Below, piece after piece: positions 52,875 through 64,000 of a stretch of 64,000 bases of DNA. The stretch comes from Octopus sinensis (lineage: Eukaryota): contig NC_043005.1 in the NCBI RefSeq assembly GCF_006345805.1, forward strand, positions 87,916,001 through 87,980,000. Direction: 5' to 3'. Below the pieces are notes generated by a model. That model ran no database searches, had not been told where the DNA came from, and saw nothing but the letters and a program-made list of their open reading frames with translations. The first letter of the stretch is position 1; each line of letters starts with the position of its first letter. The position numbers and the translations under genes were made by a program.

Positions 52875-53200
52875 AACCAATACATCAAATACAGAATAGA
52901 CAACACAGCAGAAGGTGATAAGTGCAGAATTTGTGCATAAAATGGTGAAACCGTATAGCATAATCTCAAGTAATAAAGGGAACAAATAGGGGCTGCAATA
53001 AGGGTGGAACACTTGCAGAAAACAACACTGCTTGGAACCGCCGGAATACTCCAGAAGGTGCTCAAAAAATAAGAGGTGTTACCTTAGTTTACTGGTAGTA
53101 AACAGCTGACACTAGTACATCTCCAGCGTTTGCAGCTGTGCAAAGGCAAGAAGAAGAAGAAGAAGAAGAAAAAGAAGAAAAAGAAGAAGAAGAAGAAGAA
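52875..53200 (+). mobile_element. Dong fragment (CCHC joined to the 3' end, endonuclease deleted) with (AAG)n tail
   Basis: IKYRIDNTAEGDKCRICA*NGETV joins directly to the C-terminal LQKTTLLGTAGILQKVL and the same 3' UTR as 3341-3430. Confidence 0.85.
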
Positions 53201-53417
53201 TCCTGTCTACTATGGGCACAAGGCCTGAACTTTTGGGGGTAGGGGCTAAATCGATTATGTCGACTCCAGTGCGAAACCGTTACTTATTTCATCAACCCCG
53301 AAAGGATGAAGGTCAAAGTCAACCTTGGAGTAATTTGAACTCAGAACGTGTAGATTGACGGAATATCGCTCTGCATTTCGACCGGCGTGCTAACGATTCT
53401 ACCAGTTCAACGCCTTC
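53200..53417 (-). mobile_element. SINE family B
   Basis: Full copy in reverse orientation, tail-to-tail with the Dong fragment. Confidence 0.85.
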
Positions 53418-53917
53418 ATAATAAGAACAATATACGAAACTCTTTTATAGGCTGAACATAAACGTTCTGAAATATAACATCTTGTTTCTTGCGACTTTTC
53501 TCCAGAAATGTCGCCAGTTAGTCTTCATTAGCGTAGCTATTAGTCAATGATGAATAGCAATATGGAATTGCTTAACAGATATAGTCAATATGGAGGCGAC
53601 TAATGACTGAATAAAAAACACACAATATTAATAAAGTATTACATAATAATTTTGTTTTAACAAAAACCGGACTTGCTGGATTGCAACGATATGAGGAATT
53701 ACGCGAAAGTATTTACTGGTTCGATTAAAACAGGTGGAATAAGGGAAATATATATAATTTGAAATCACTGAGTACCAACTGTTTACTGTTGGTACTGTAT
53801 TTAAATAACTCCGAGTAATCAGTTTGTGATGTTATTTTTTAAATTTATACTACATATACTAACTTGGTTAATCCTTAGAATATCAATAAGACCCTACTTG
53901 TGACTAAGTTTCAAATT

Positions 53918-54300
53918 CACGGAGTGGCCGTGTGGTAAGAAGCTTGCTTACCAACCATATGGTTCCGGGTTCAGTCCCACTGAGTGGCACCTTGAGCAAG
54001 TGCGTTCTACTATAACCTCGGGTCGACCAAATCCTTGTGAGTGGATTTAGTAGACAGAAACTAAAAGAAGCCCGTCATATATGTGTGTGTGTGTGTGTGT
54101 CTGTGTTCGTCCCCCTCCATCGCTTGACAACCGATGTTGGTGCGTTTATGTCCCCGTAATTTAGCGGTTCGGCAATAGACTGAGAGGATAAGTACTAGGC
54201 TTACAAAAAATAAGTCCTGGGATAGATTTGTTCGACTTAAGGCGGTGCTCCAGCATGGCCACAGTCAAATTACTGAAACAAGTAAAAGAATAAAAGAATA
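53918..54300 (+). mobile_element. Full SINE family C with internal (TG)n
   Basis: GGAGTGGCCGTGTGGTAAGAAGCTTGCTTACC head and conserved tail. Confidence 0.9.
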
Positions 54301-55045
54301 CTTACATAAACTTTTATCTCTGATCGTTTTATCCTTCACTTCTTTCAGTCATTAGACTGCGGCCATGCTGCAGCAACGCCTTGAGGAATTTTTAGTTGAA
54401 TGAATCGCCCAAGAGAATTCATTACTTTTTCCTTTAGCCTGGTATTTATCCTATCGGTGAGTTTTGCCAAACCGCTAAGTTACTGGGACGTGTACACAAG
54501 AACACCGGTTAAAATAAGTAATCCATTCCATTACTGAAGAGTTCATCAATGAAGGGAAGTAACTGGCATTTGATAATCCACAAAAGCAGGTCAATCTGAA
54601 GTAGAAGTTTCAGTTTGGCGTAATATTATATAAACTAAAAAGAAAGCGGACAAATCGATTGTATGGTCTCGCTATAGAGTTTGATTAAGCGATTTTGTTG
54701 TTACTGTGACAGAGAATCGAACATTCAGTTGTATAAGACGTGTAATGTCTGTAAGATTACGCAGTACATTCCAATTATCTCCCAACTCATCAGGCCAACC
54801 ATATGCATGCCTGTAATCGATATGCTGTCAGGTTAATCTAACAACGAATACGTTGTCAGCGTAGCGTATGGTTGGTCTGATCAGGTGGAAGATTTTTTGT
54901 AATTCATTGCATAACATTACAGAATTTGCCCGGCTTACATAATTGAATGTGCGGTGTTACGTCACTATAAAATCTCTTACTGAAACGTTGCAGCGATACC
55001 ATATAATCAATCTCTTCGTCTATTTCAATCACCTACACACACACA

Positions 55046-55119
<74 letters not shown>

Positions 55120-55129
55120 GTTGAAAATT

Positions 55130-55265
55130 ACAGAAAAGCAAAAGACGAAGACAGGTGTATAAACAACAACCAGGTGTATTTATTTTGACGCTCGGAAAGG
55201 TGAGAAAGTCTTTTACGTTTCGAGCCTGCGCTCTTCAATAGAACGGAACACGAGGAGATAAACAG
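55130..55265 (-). mobile_element. Short repeat with variant HHR-like motif (partner copy at 57285-57470)
   Basis: Minus strand 55210-55244 reads CUAUUGA A GAGC-gcag-GCUC GAAACGUA AAAG. Confidence 0.5.
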
Positions 55266-55324
55266 AGAGAGAAAAAAACTTGGGGATTTAGCGGTCAATC
55301 ATAGTGACTATGTGTGTGTGTGTG

Positions 55325-55373
<49 letters not shown>

Positions 55374-55528
55374 TGTGTGTGGTCGATGTCATAAGAATTT
55401 AGAAACGTCGAGAAAATGCGAAATAATACGGAAATAAATTTTAAAATATTTAGGATAGAAAACATCGACGGCTGCCCGTGTAACTCGAGCTCACATCTGT
55501 GAACTTTACAGGCGTTCTACACACACAC

Positions 55529-55567
<39 letters not shown>

Positions 55568-55755
55568 TAAGCAATAAAGGGTTTAGCAACGAATTGCCTT
55601 ACCACATACCGAATTTAGAAATAGCAGTCAAAGAGAGTTATAGCTATTTCTTCTACTAAAAAGGGAGATCTCAGTAAAAACAGCAATTGGAAGGCAGACA
55701 CAAACAGGTAAGAGAGAATGAATTGACGGCAATCTATCATACAATTTTAAGTTAT

Positions 55756-55853
55756 CTACGGACGCACGTTTCGAAATCAAGTTTTTAGGAAAGCATAAGA
55801 ATTAAATATTAAATAATTCTACCTTACCAAAACTTCTTTTCTCTTCAGCGTAG
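55756..55853 (-). ncRNA. Canonical-core type I hammerhead ribozyme
   Basis: Mirror of 56657-56752. Confidence 0.8.
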
Positions 55854-56656
55854 AATACTATATCATAAATGATTATATATTGAATTTGAGATACTAGAAG
55901 GCACCAACTCAACTCAGTATCAGAGCGAGCTAGAATCCGCAACTAGTATCACCAAATTCAATGTGTGAATGAAAAGATTGTGTCACCAGCCCCTTCCCAC
56001 CCGCGTGTAGCCAAAACAAGATGCTGTGGTCATCTACTGAGATAAAATATGGTTATCCGTAATAATGAAGGGTGAAATTAATTAATTTGGAATAATTATC
56101 AATTACACCAAGTAGTCTTAATTCTTATGCTTTCCTAAAAACTTGATTTCGAAACGTGCGTCCGTAGATAACTTAAAATTGTATGATAGATTGCCGTCAA
56201 TTCATTCTCTCTTACCTGTTTGTGTCTGCCTTCCAATTGCTGTTTTTACTGAGATCTCCCTTTTTAGTAGAAGAAATAGCTATAACTCTTTGACTGCTAT
56301 TTCTAAATTCGGTATGTGGTAAGGCAATTCGTTGCTAACCCTTTATTGTTAGTATTACTAAAATTTTCCTCGAATGAGGCTTTTACATCGAAGACTACTT
56401 GGTATAATTGATAATTATTCCAAATTAATTAATTTCACCCTTCATTATTACGGATAACCATATTTTATCTCAGTAGATGACACAGCATCTTGTTTTGGCT
56501 ACACGCGGGTGGGAAGGGGCTGGTGACACAATCTTTTCATTCACACATTGAATTTGGTGATACTAGTTGCGGATTCTAGCTCGCTCTGATACTGAGTTGA
56601 GTTGGTGCCTTCTAGTATCTCAAAATTCAATATATAATCATTATAATTATAGTATT

Positions 56657-56752
56657 CTACGCTGAAGAGAAAAGAAGTTTGGTAAGGTAGAATTATTTAA
56701 TATTTAATCTTATGCTTTCCTAAAAACTTGATTTCGAAACGTGCGTCCGTAG
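56657..56752 (+). ncRNA. Canonical-core type I hammerhead ribozyme with extended helix II
   Basis: CUACG [CUGAAGA] GAAAAGAAGUUU...AAACUUGAUUUC [GAAA] CGUGC GUC CGUAG. Helix I is 5 bp and helix III is near-palindromic ACGUGCGU. Confidence 0.85.
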
Positions 56753-57284
56753 ATAACTTAAAATTGTATGATAGATTGCCGTCAATTCATTCTCTCTTAC
56801 CTGTTTGTGTCTGCCTTCCAATTGCTGTTTTTACTGAGATCTCCCTTTTTAGTAGAAGAAATAGCTATAACTCTTTGACTGCTATTTCTAAATTCGGTAT
56901 GTGGTAAGGCAATTCGTTGCTAAACCCTTTATTGCTTAGTATTACTTAAATTTTCCTCGAATGAGGCTTTTACATGCCGAAGACTACTTGGTGTAATTGA
57001 TAATTATTCCAAATTAATTAATTTCACCCTTCATTACATATATATATATATATATATGGATCAAAACAGTTTGATTCAAATTCGTTGATATTCTTAAGTT
57101 TCGAGCGTGATACTAGTCGTCAGCCATTTTAAATTTGAATGCTGACGACAAGCATCACGCTTGAAACTCAGGAGTACCAACGAATTTGAATCAAACTCTT
57201 TTAATACATACATGTAACTCCCAATAAACTTGTTAAGTGTCCTTCTTTCGTTTGTCAACTCACTCGTATTTATATACATGATAG

Positions 57285-57470
57285 ATCGTTAGCCACTACA
57301 CATTTGTTTTCTCTCCTTGTTTCTCTCCTTGTTTTTTCTGTATCCCTTTCTGTAGAAGAGCGTAGGCTCGAAACGTAAAAAACTTTTTCCAATTGCTGAG
57401 CGTTATACTAATACATCTGTTTTGTTTTGTACACCACCTGTCTTCGTCTTTTGTTTTTTTCGTAAACTCT
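57285..57470 (+). mobile_element. Short repeat with variant HHR-like motif
   Basis: 57346-57381 reads CUUU CUGUAGA A GAGC-guag-GCUC GAAACGUA AAAA. It is an inverted homologue of 55130-55265. Confidence 0.5.
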
Positions 57471-57599
57471 CCCCATACATACATACATACATACATACAT
57501 ACACACATACATACATACATACATACATACATACATACATACATACATACATACATACATGTACATATATACATGCTTGTGTGTATACAATTGTGTTTA

Positions 57600-57800
57600 T
57601 TTCTCTGCCTCCAGTGCATGGTAACCGATGTTGATGTGTTTACTTCCCCGTACAATAGCAGTTCGATAAAAGAGCTCGATAAAATGAGTACAAGGCTTAA
57701 AAAAGAAAAGTACTGGGGTTGATCCATTCGACTACATTTCTTCAAGGTGGTGCCCCAGCACGGGCGGAGTCTAGCGACTGAAACAAGTAAAGTATAAAAG
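57600..57800 (+). mobile_element. SINE family C-type tail
   Basis: AACCGATGTTGATGTGTTTAC...AAGGTGGTGCCCCAGCA...GAAACAAGTAAA. Confidence 0.7.
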
Positions 57801-57807
57801 ATATGTA

Positions 57808-57855
<48 letters not shown>

Positions 57856-58776
57856 TGAGTGAGAAGAAATTACGAATACACTTTCCTGCTTCTTCCGTTT
57901 GGTTATAAGCACAGGCCCTATGTTCCACCCGCGCTCAAACACCCACCTCTCCCAGCCAACTTCCCGCTCTATAACTTCCTCGTTTATTCTTTTATGAACC
58001 ATCAATCACACAGGAACCATCTTTTCAACACCTTTCTTCGGATATTTAAAATTAAGAAGAAAAAAATACATTAATGTGTTCAGGATTTCTTCAGATTAAA
58101 TTTTACAATATTCATCTTGCAAGTACTAAAAAATATTTTCCCGTTATTCTTTCCTACATAAAATCTGCCATTTCTATATATCTTTCCCGTTTCCTTTCAT
58201 CGCTGCTTCATATATTTTCGTTCCATTCTTTGTTAATAAACATAATCATTTCTCCACTTTCGTACAAATTCATTATACACCAAAGAAAACTAGCAAATAT
58301 AAAATACAGTGTGTATACAGTCACATGCTTTAAATAATATTCAATGTTTTGTGTGTTGTTTATGGAATGATCGTTAATAAATTCTATGGCATTTTTCCTT
58401 GTTTTGCTTTTAATAACGAAATTTATGTCGTGTTTTTTTTTCTTTGTTCTTTATTTTGATTTTAAAGTTTATAATTCTTTTACGTTCTTTTCATATCCAC
58501 GAATACGCTATCTGTCTTTCCTTCCCCGTATCTTCCTTCTGTGTGTGTGTATGTATTTGTGCATATATTATCATATGTATATATATATACATATGTCTAT
58601 ACATATATACATATGATAATATATGCACACATAAACACACACACACAAACATATATATATGATTACATCCATATATACACACGTACGCACACATGCAAAC
58701 ATGCATATGCATATGTCTATACATATATACATATGATAATATATGCACACATAAACACACACACACGCACACACAC

Positions 58777-58861
<85 letters not shown>

Positions 58862-58944
58862 TACATCCATATACACACAGGTGTATATATGTGTATATAT
58901 ACATCTACACGTGTGCGTACGTATAATATTAGTTTAGAATTTTG

Positions 58945-59070
58945 GCACATAGCCAGCAATTTCAGAGGAGGGGATAACTCGATTACATTGATCCTAGTAC
59001 GTAACTCGTATTTATATTATCGACCCCGAAAGAACGAAAGGCAAAGTGGACCAAGGCGGAATTGGCGGAA
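58945..59070 (-). mobile_element. SINE family B 3' half, cut off at a hairpin
   Basis: CCAGCAATTT...CGACCCCGAAAG.ACGAAAGGCAAAGTGGACC block. Confidence 0.75.
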
Positions 59071-59123
59071 TCTAGTCTAATCTGACTCCGTCCTGATAAC
59101 AGAGGGAGTCAGATTAGACTAGA
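59071..59123. other. Perfect 19-bp inverted repeat with 15-nt spacer
   Basis: TCTAGTCTAATCTGACTCC / GGAGTCAGATTAGACTAGA. Confidence 0.9.
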
Positions 59124-59744
59124 TATAATGAAATTACCAACTCAAGCGGTATATTTGGCCAATGGACGGTTGAGAGCATGCACATATGCACAGCCACACT
59201 CAGAGTTAAGGGAATATGCATAGAAACATACATGAAAACAGGTGGAGATATATTTAAAAACCGATCACTCAGCCAAAAACAAGTTGAAATAGTCTTACGT
59301 ACATCTGCCCCTACACTTGTGGACCCAGTGTTTACTACGTCAGAGAAATACAAAAATGACTATCAGTAACATGGGAAACCATGTGTACCCGTGGAGGGTC
59401 ATCCCATTTGTATCGCAGTATGCACTGGGGGATTGTAAATTCCATAGTCTTTTCAAATGGCTAATAATGTGTGCGCGCGCCGCTACTACACACATTGGAA
59501 AGCATTGTACAACCAAGCACTAAAGAAGGTCTTTCCTCTTCCATGAAACAAAGCTGTTCCCGCTGGACGTCAACCCAGTATTTCTAAGCTACGGACCGAG
59601 TGATTTATTGTAAGGTTATCTCCCTAGACAGATTGCCTTCACTACGGCTAAGGAGCCCTTTCTACCCCACTGACACAGGTTGTACTGGTTTACAGTTAAC
59701 CAGTAACGGGATCCGATGCTGCATACATCGGACCTGACCAGACA

Positions 59745-59965
59745 TACTGTTGTTGTAGAGCTGAAAACGAGGCAATTTCCACTCTTCTTCTCTGGAAGCC
59801 ATCTGCTTGCGATACAAGAGGGCGCACACTCTCTCCTACCCTGATGTAATCTCCAGGGATACAAGCATCCAGCAACAGGACCTCCGTAATGCTATGACGG
59901 ACCGTGAAGTCTGGTGTAACATAGTAAATTCCATAGTCTCGACCACGGTCGAACAATAATGATGA
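59745..59965 (+). mobile_element. RTE-type LINE 3' end
   Basis: CCRAENEAISTLLLWKPS...YPDVISRDTSIQQQDLRNAMTDREVWCNIVNSIVSTTVEQ* followed by a short (TGA)n tail. Confidence 0.7.
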
Positions 59966-60319
59966 TGGGGGACTGTAAGATGAGAGAGGGCAACAGGACT
60001 CGAGATGAAGTCGAAAGAGATAGGATGAATTTGCAAACCTGATGCTCCCCATCCACCCATAATTCACGAGACACTTCTAGACTTGTGCTCAGTTAAGAGC
60101 ACCGAAATAGAAGGTACAAGCTTGGAGTTTCACAGCAAAACATCTAATTGTTATAGAAGAGGTAACAAAAGATGCTTGCGGGCCTTTGGAGGACTAGGTA
60201 AGCAGAGGAGAGAGGTAAACGCTGGTGCTGTACTGTATCTGCCCCAGAGTACTAATTGTCAAATTTGACATCGGAGGGATTGGAACTCATAACTGGAATA
60301 AACACCACGAGGCGTCGTA

Positions 60320-62300
60320 TAGACAAACATTCGCAAAATAAAGATAATAATTATCTTCGGAGTTTTTAATGGAATCAATAACGGAAATACTTGAATTGCA
60401 GAAGGGAAACCAATACTTCAAGAATGGAACCTAATAAAAACGGGACAGTACAATCAAAGACAACCTGAATCACAAAGAATCATATTGGATATAAGTCGAA
60501 TAGAGGTCGTGATTCTTTTGTAAAAACAGATTTTTATCAAGAACTAAATAGAAATCCGTGCAGCTTCAGTAACAAGAGAATTTGAAGAATTTTAGGGTTA
60601 AGTATGAACGTGATGGGATCAAACGATAAGAGACTACTGGAAATAACAATCAAAGATTCTAAACAATCAAGGAAAGTTTTATAAACTGAAAAAAGCAACC
60701 CAGACACAATTAATTACGAACGGCAGAAAAGAAGCAGGAACTTGCGGTTTAAATAGTTAACAGCCATACATAAGGTATTGGCAAAAGTATTCATCAGCAG
60801 CAGCATGAAAGCAATGGAAGTTGACTGACACGCTGAAGCGAAACATCGTGTTATTGCTCATCAGTTAGGAAACAGCAAACAATAAAGACTACAAACACAT
60901 TACCGGCCATGCTACAGCTTACAAAGTATTGAGTAATATTACAGAGGGAAAAAACAACACTCGTATCTCGACGAGCACAAGAGAAGTTGCTAATATTCAA
61001 ATGGTTATCAATATCGATTAGTGATCAATAAAAACCATAAATGATGACAGTGGAAGAAGAAAGAAATGTTTGAGATGGCTTGGAATGGTCACTAAAAGGT
61101 TTTTGAGAGGTTTTCTCCACATATGGATCGTGTAAACATTTTGTGATGTATCGATACGTCTATAATAGGAACAATAGATATTTTATAAATAAATGGAGAA
61201 AAAGGTGAATTCCATAAACAATATCCATGTTCCATCAGAATAACATTATTCCAAACCCTTTCTGGTTTCCATTTCTTTTAAGCCGGCGTTAATACTTTTA
61301 ACTTAAACATTAAATCAGAGTGAACCCGGATGTAAATCGTATTGAAAGACAATGAAGAGTCTTTTGTATGTGGACGACCTCAAATTGTTTGTTGCAGACG
61401 ATAAATAACAAGAAACACTTTCACAGACTGTAGGACATTGATAAAGTAGAATGATTGATGTAAGAATACAATTTTTATTGGAAAATGTACCAAAGTAAGA
61501 ATGGAGGAAGTGAAGTTGATTAAAAACACTTATAACGTGTTAGATAAAAAATAATAATAATAATAAAGTAGAAATAAGAGATTTAGACAAAGTAACGAAT
61601 TACAAATACTTGAGAATCAATGAACTAGACATTGTAAAACACATACATATTAAAGAAAAGATTAAGAAGGATTATTGTTCGGGCATTAGATGAATACATA
61701 AAACAATGTAATAATCCGGCTGTCCCAGTAATAAGTTTTGGTAATAATATTCTCAACTATAAGTTAAATCAACTTGTGAGACCGGACAGGAAATATAACA
61801 AAGATTATGAATGTATTTTTAATTCACCATAAAATATCTGACAATAAAATTATTAACATTCTACAGAACAGTAGGAGCGTTTTGCAACGAGAAATCTATT
61901 TTAAAATATTCATTATGGTGTTATAGAAATATCTATTTAAAATATACATTGTAGGACTAAGAAAATATATTGTAAAGAATAATGGAAAACTATTACAATT
62001 GCTGCAAAACAGAAACAAAACAAACAACAGTTTCCTGTCTTCGAGGAAGTCAATACGTACAAAACAAAGACTTAAATGAGAAACGGTAATGAATCGTGGG
62101 GTAAGTAACAATAGAAAGGGTGAAAAGGGAAATGTTAAAGTAAAAATGTTGCTAGACCTTGCATTGCAGAAACGATGGCAAGAAATCCCTTTATGGCAGA
62201 TAAATGAGAAAATTGAAGAAGGGTGGAAATGCAGAAATATTTCAGCATTGACTGAAGTGGATATCGAGGGATTGTTTAATGCGGCAGAGAAACTGCTCAA
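60320..62300 (+). mobile_element. Ancient, heavily decayed R4/Dong-type RT
   Basis: LLYVDDLKLF (YVDD at 61367-61378), YKYL, IKEKIKKDY, NNPAVPVISFG and DYKHIT..ATAYKVL remnants, amid many stops and frameshifts. Confidence 0.65.
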
Positions 62301-62424
62301 AGCATGGAGAGAACCAGAATACAAGACACCAAGAACATTGTTACTGTCTGTCCAGTCGTATTCAAAACAAGAATTCATCTGCAGACAGGATGAAGTTGAG
62401 GTTTGCATAGATTGGAAATTGTCG

Positions 62425-62635
62425 GTAAGCTGGAAGAAACGGACAAAATGTTTTGCAGCATTTCGTCCGTTATAGTGTTCTGAGTTCAAATCCCGCTGAG
62501 ATCGACTTTTGCCTTTCATCCTCGTTTTAGAGGTCGATAAAATAAGTACCGCACGAGCACTGGAGTCGTTGTAATAGACGTACCCTCTCCCCTCCAAATT
62601 AGTGTGCTCGTGCCAAAATTTGAAACCAATATTAT
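62425..62635 (+). mobile_element. SINE family B
   Basis: TTCTGAGTTCAAATCCCGCTGAGATCGACTTTTGCCTTTCATCC...CCAAAATTTGAAACC. Confidence 0.75.
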
Positions 62636-62886
62636 GAAATTTCAGCAGATTGAAGTGGTATAAACATAGAAGCGAAAAAGAGATTTTAAGAATGACAGGA
62701 ACGACACAGGTGATAAATCAACACAAACACACACACACACACACACACAGATATATATATATATATATATATATAAATTCAGGGTGAATACTTAATAAAT
62801 GTAAGCACCTGTATATGCCAGCTAGTAGTAGAGGTGAGAGGGTATATGCATCAAATGAAATAAAAAAACAGAACACAAAGGATGTC

Positions 62887-62978
62887 GCGGTACACGTGTT
62901 TCAAGCTTTATAAAACAACCTATTCTTACATCAATGTGTAATCGACATAACAGATGGTTTAAAGCTCTCTTCAGCCGC
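62887..62978 (-). ncRNA. Canonical-core type I hammerhead ribozyme with large loop II
   Basis: GCGG [CUGAAGA] GAGCUUUA...UAAAGCUU [GAAA] CACGU GUA CCGC. Helix III is the palindrome ACACGUGU. Confidence 0.85.
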
Positions 62979-63241
62979 ATGCAATTGCTATACCAAAGAA
63001 TTACATCACATTATGAAATTATGAAAAATCCGAAATGTACATTTGGTATTATCTATAATGGTGGGCATATTGAGTTTCACTGAGAAAGTATCTTTGTAAA
63101 TCCTCATAATCAAATATGTGTGTAGGGTACCATTGGACAGTGAATCTCAATATACCCACCATTATAGATAATACCAAATGTACATTTCGGATTTTTCATA
63201 ATTTCATAATGTGATGTAATTCTTTGGTATAGCAATTGCAT

Positions 63242-63333
63242 GCGGCTGCAGAGAGCTTTAAACCATCTATTATGTCGATTACACATTGATCTAAGAATAG
63301 GTTGTTTTATAAAGCTTGAAACACGTGTACCGC
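63242..63333 (+). ncRNA. Mirror HHR with a core mutation (CUGCAGA)
   Basis: Same fold as 62887-62978, but A6 is replaced by C. Confidence 0.7.
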
Positions 63334-63371
63334 GACATCCTTTGTGTTCTGTTTTTTATTTCATTTGATGC

Positions 63372-63437
<66 letters not shown>

Positions 63438-63915
63438 GTACAGATATCAAAGATAATGAACCGGATATTTTTGTCAAAGACCCCAGTTAAGGAATTACAT
63501 CTTAATCGAAATATCAGTTCTTAAAGAATAGAATGTTTGCTGAACAAAGATGGAGTAATTATCCAAATACAAAGATTCGAAAGCAGAAGTATCCGTTATG
63601 TGTTGTGGATTACATATAGAAGCAATCTTTATAACAACAGGGCCGTTGGAAATGATTATAAAATCATGCAATTGCAAAACAAAAAAATATCTGCTCTCAT
63701 GCACATTTGCAGCATGCAGAAAGTAATGCTGCAAAACAACATTGTCCATATTAAATAGGATAGTTAAGAAACGGAATTTCATCATAGAACAATTGATTAA
63801 TTCGGGTGAAAGTGAATGGCTGCGGCGCGCAATCATTTGCACCTGCTACTGAGGGAGAAGCAGATTTCCGTGAATTGCCAGTGGCTGATGGTTACGCAAG
63901 GACAGCAACCTCAGT

Positions 63916-64000
63916 GGAGGCGCAATGGCCCAATGGTTAGGGCAGCGGACTCGCGGTTGGAGGATCGCGGTTTCGATTCCCAGACCGGGCGTTGTATGTT
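63916..64000 (+). mobile_element. SINE family A head (runs off the window end)
   Basis: GGAGGCGCAATGGCCCAATGGTTAGG...GGTTTCGATTCCCAGACCGGGCGTTG, as at 2533. Confidence 0.85.

Larger units (their letters stand above)
55560..57038. mobile_element. Retrozyme-like element: 585-nt HHR-containing monomer as an inverted partial copy plus about 1.5 tandem copies
   Basis: A minus copy runs 56117 to 55560 and plus copies run 56118-57038. Homologous GUC sites are at 56160-56162 and 56745-56747. (TA)n at both outer ends. Confidence 0.85.
62843..63376. mobile_element. Foldback element (about 240-bp arms, 55-bp spacer) with an HHR in each arm
   Basis: 62843-63082 versus 63138-63376 show about 6 differences. 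The right end abuts (TA)n. Confidence 0.9.

Noticed and set aside
54700-54800. CUGAUGA GUUG...CAACU GAAUG on the minus strand
   Set aside because: GAAA is not intact and helix I does not close.
59435-59939. Exact 16-bp direct repeat GTAAATTCCATAGTCT (59435 and 59924) as a TSD
   Set aside because: The second copy lies inside continuous RTE sequence, so the geometry does not fit a TSD.
60828-60851. ACACG CUGAAGC GAAAC AU CGUGU mini-HHR look-alike
   Set aside because: It lies in decayed RT coding sequence (LKRNIVLL) and lacks A9 and helix II.
63495-63842. 115-aa minus-strand ORF in non-repetitive DNA
   Set aside because: No recognisable domain in either strand's ORF. The length is compatible with chance or a decayed transposon.

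Overview
AT-rich eukaryotic DNA, dense in microsatellites and dominated by repeats. The repeat repertoire resembles an octopus genome, but this is inference, not a database match. No host protein-coding gene can be called with confidence, and almost all tracked ORFs are microsatellite artefacts or transposon remnants. Recognisable mobile DNA includes: RTE, CR1/Jockey-type and R4/Dong non-LTR retrotransposon remnants; a 5'-truncated Penelope-like element (PLE; RT plus GIY-YIG); a full-length decayed mariner; piggyBac-type TTAA MITEs; non-autonomous Helitrons; and at least five tRNA-derived SINE families. The main unexpected signal is about 16 type I hammerhead ribozyme (HHR) motifs from at least 8 sequence families. 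All have the short palindromic helix III typical of PLE ribozymes. Most lie inside non-coding foldback or inverted-plus-tandem elements that abut (TA)n tracts and superficially mimic MITEs. They include a G3:C8 covariant core, a 585-nt tandem monomer, and a tRNA-headed family whose head also lies directly downstream of a PLE endonuclease ORF. SINE boundaries are approximate. All HHR folds and alignments were done by eye.
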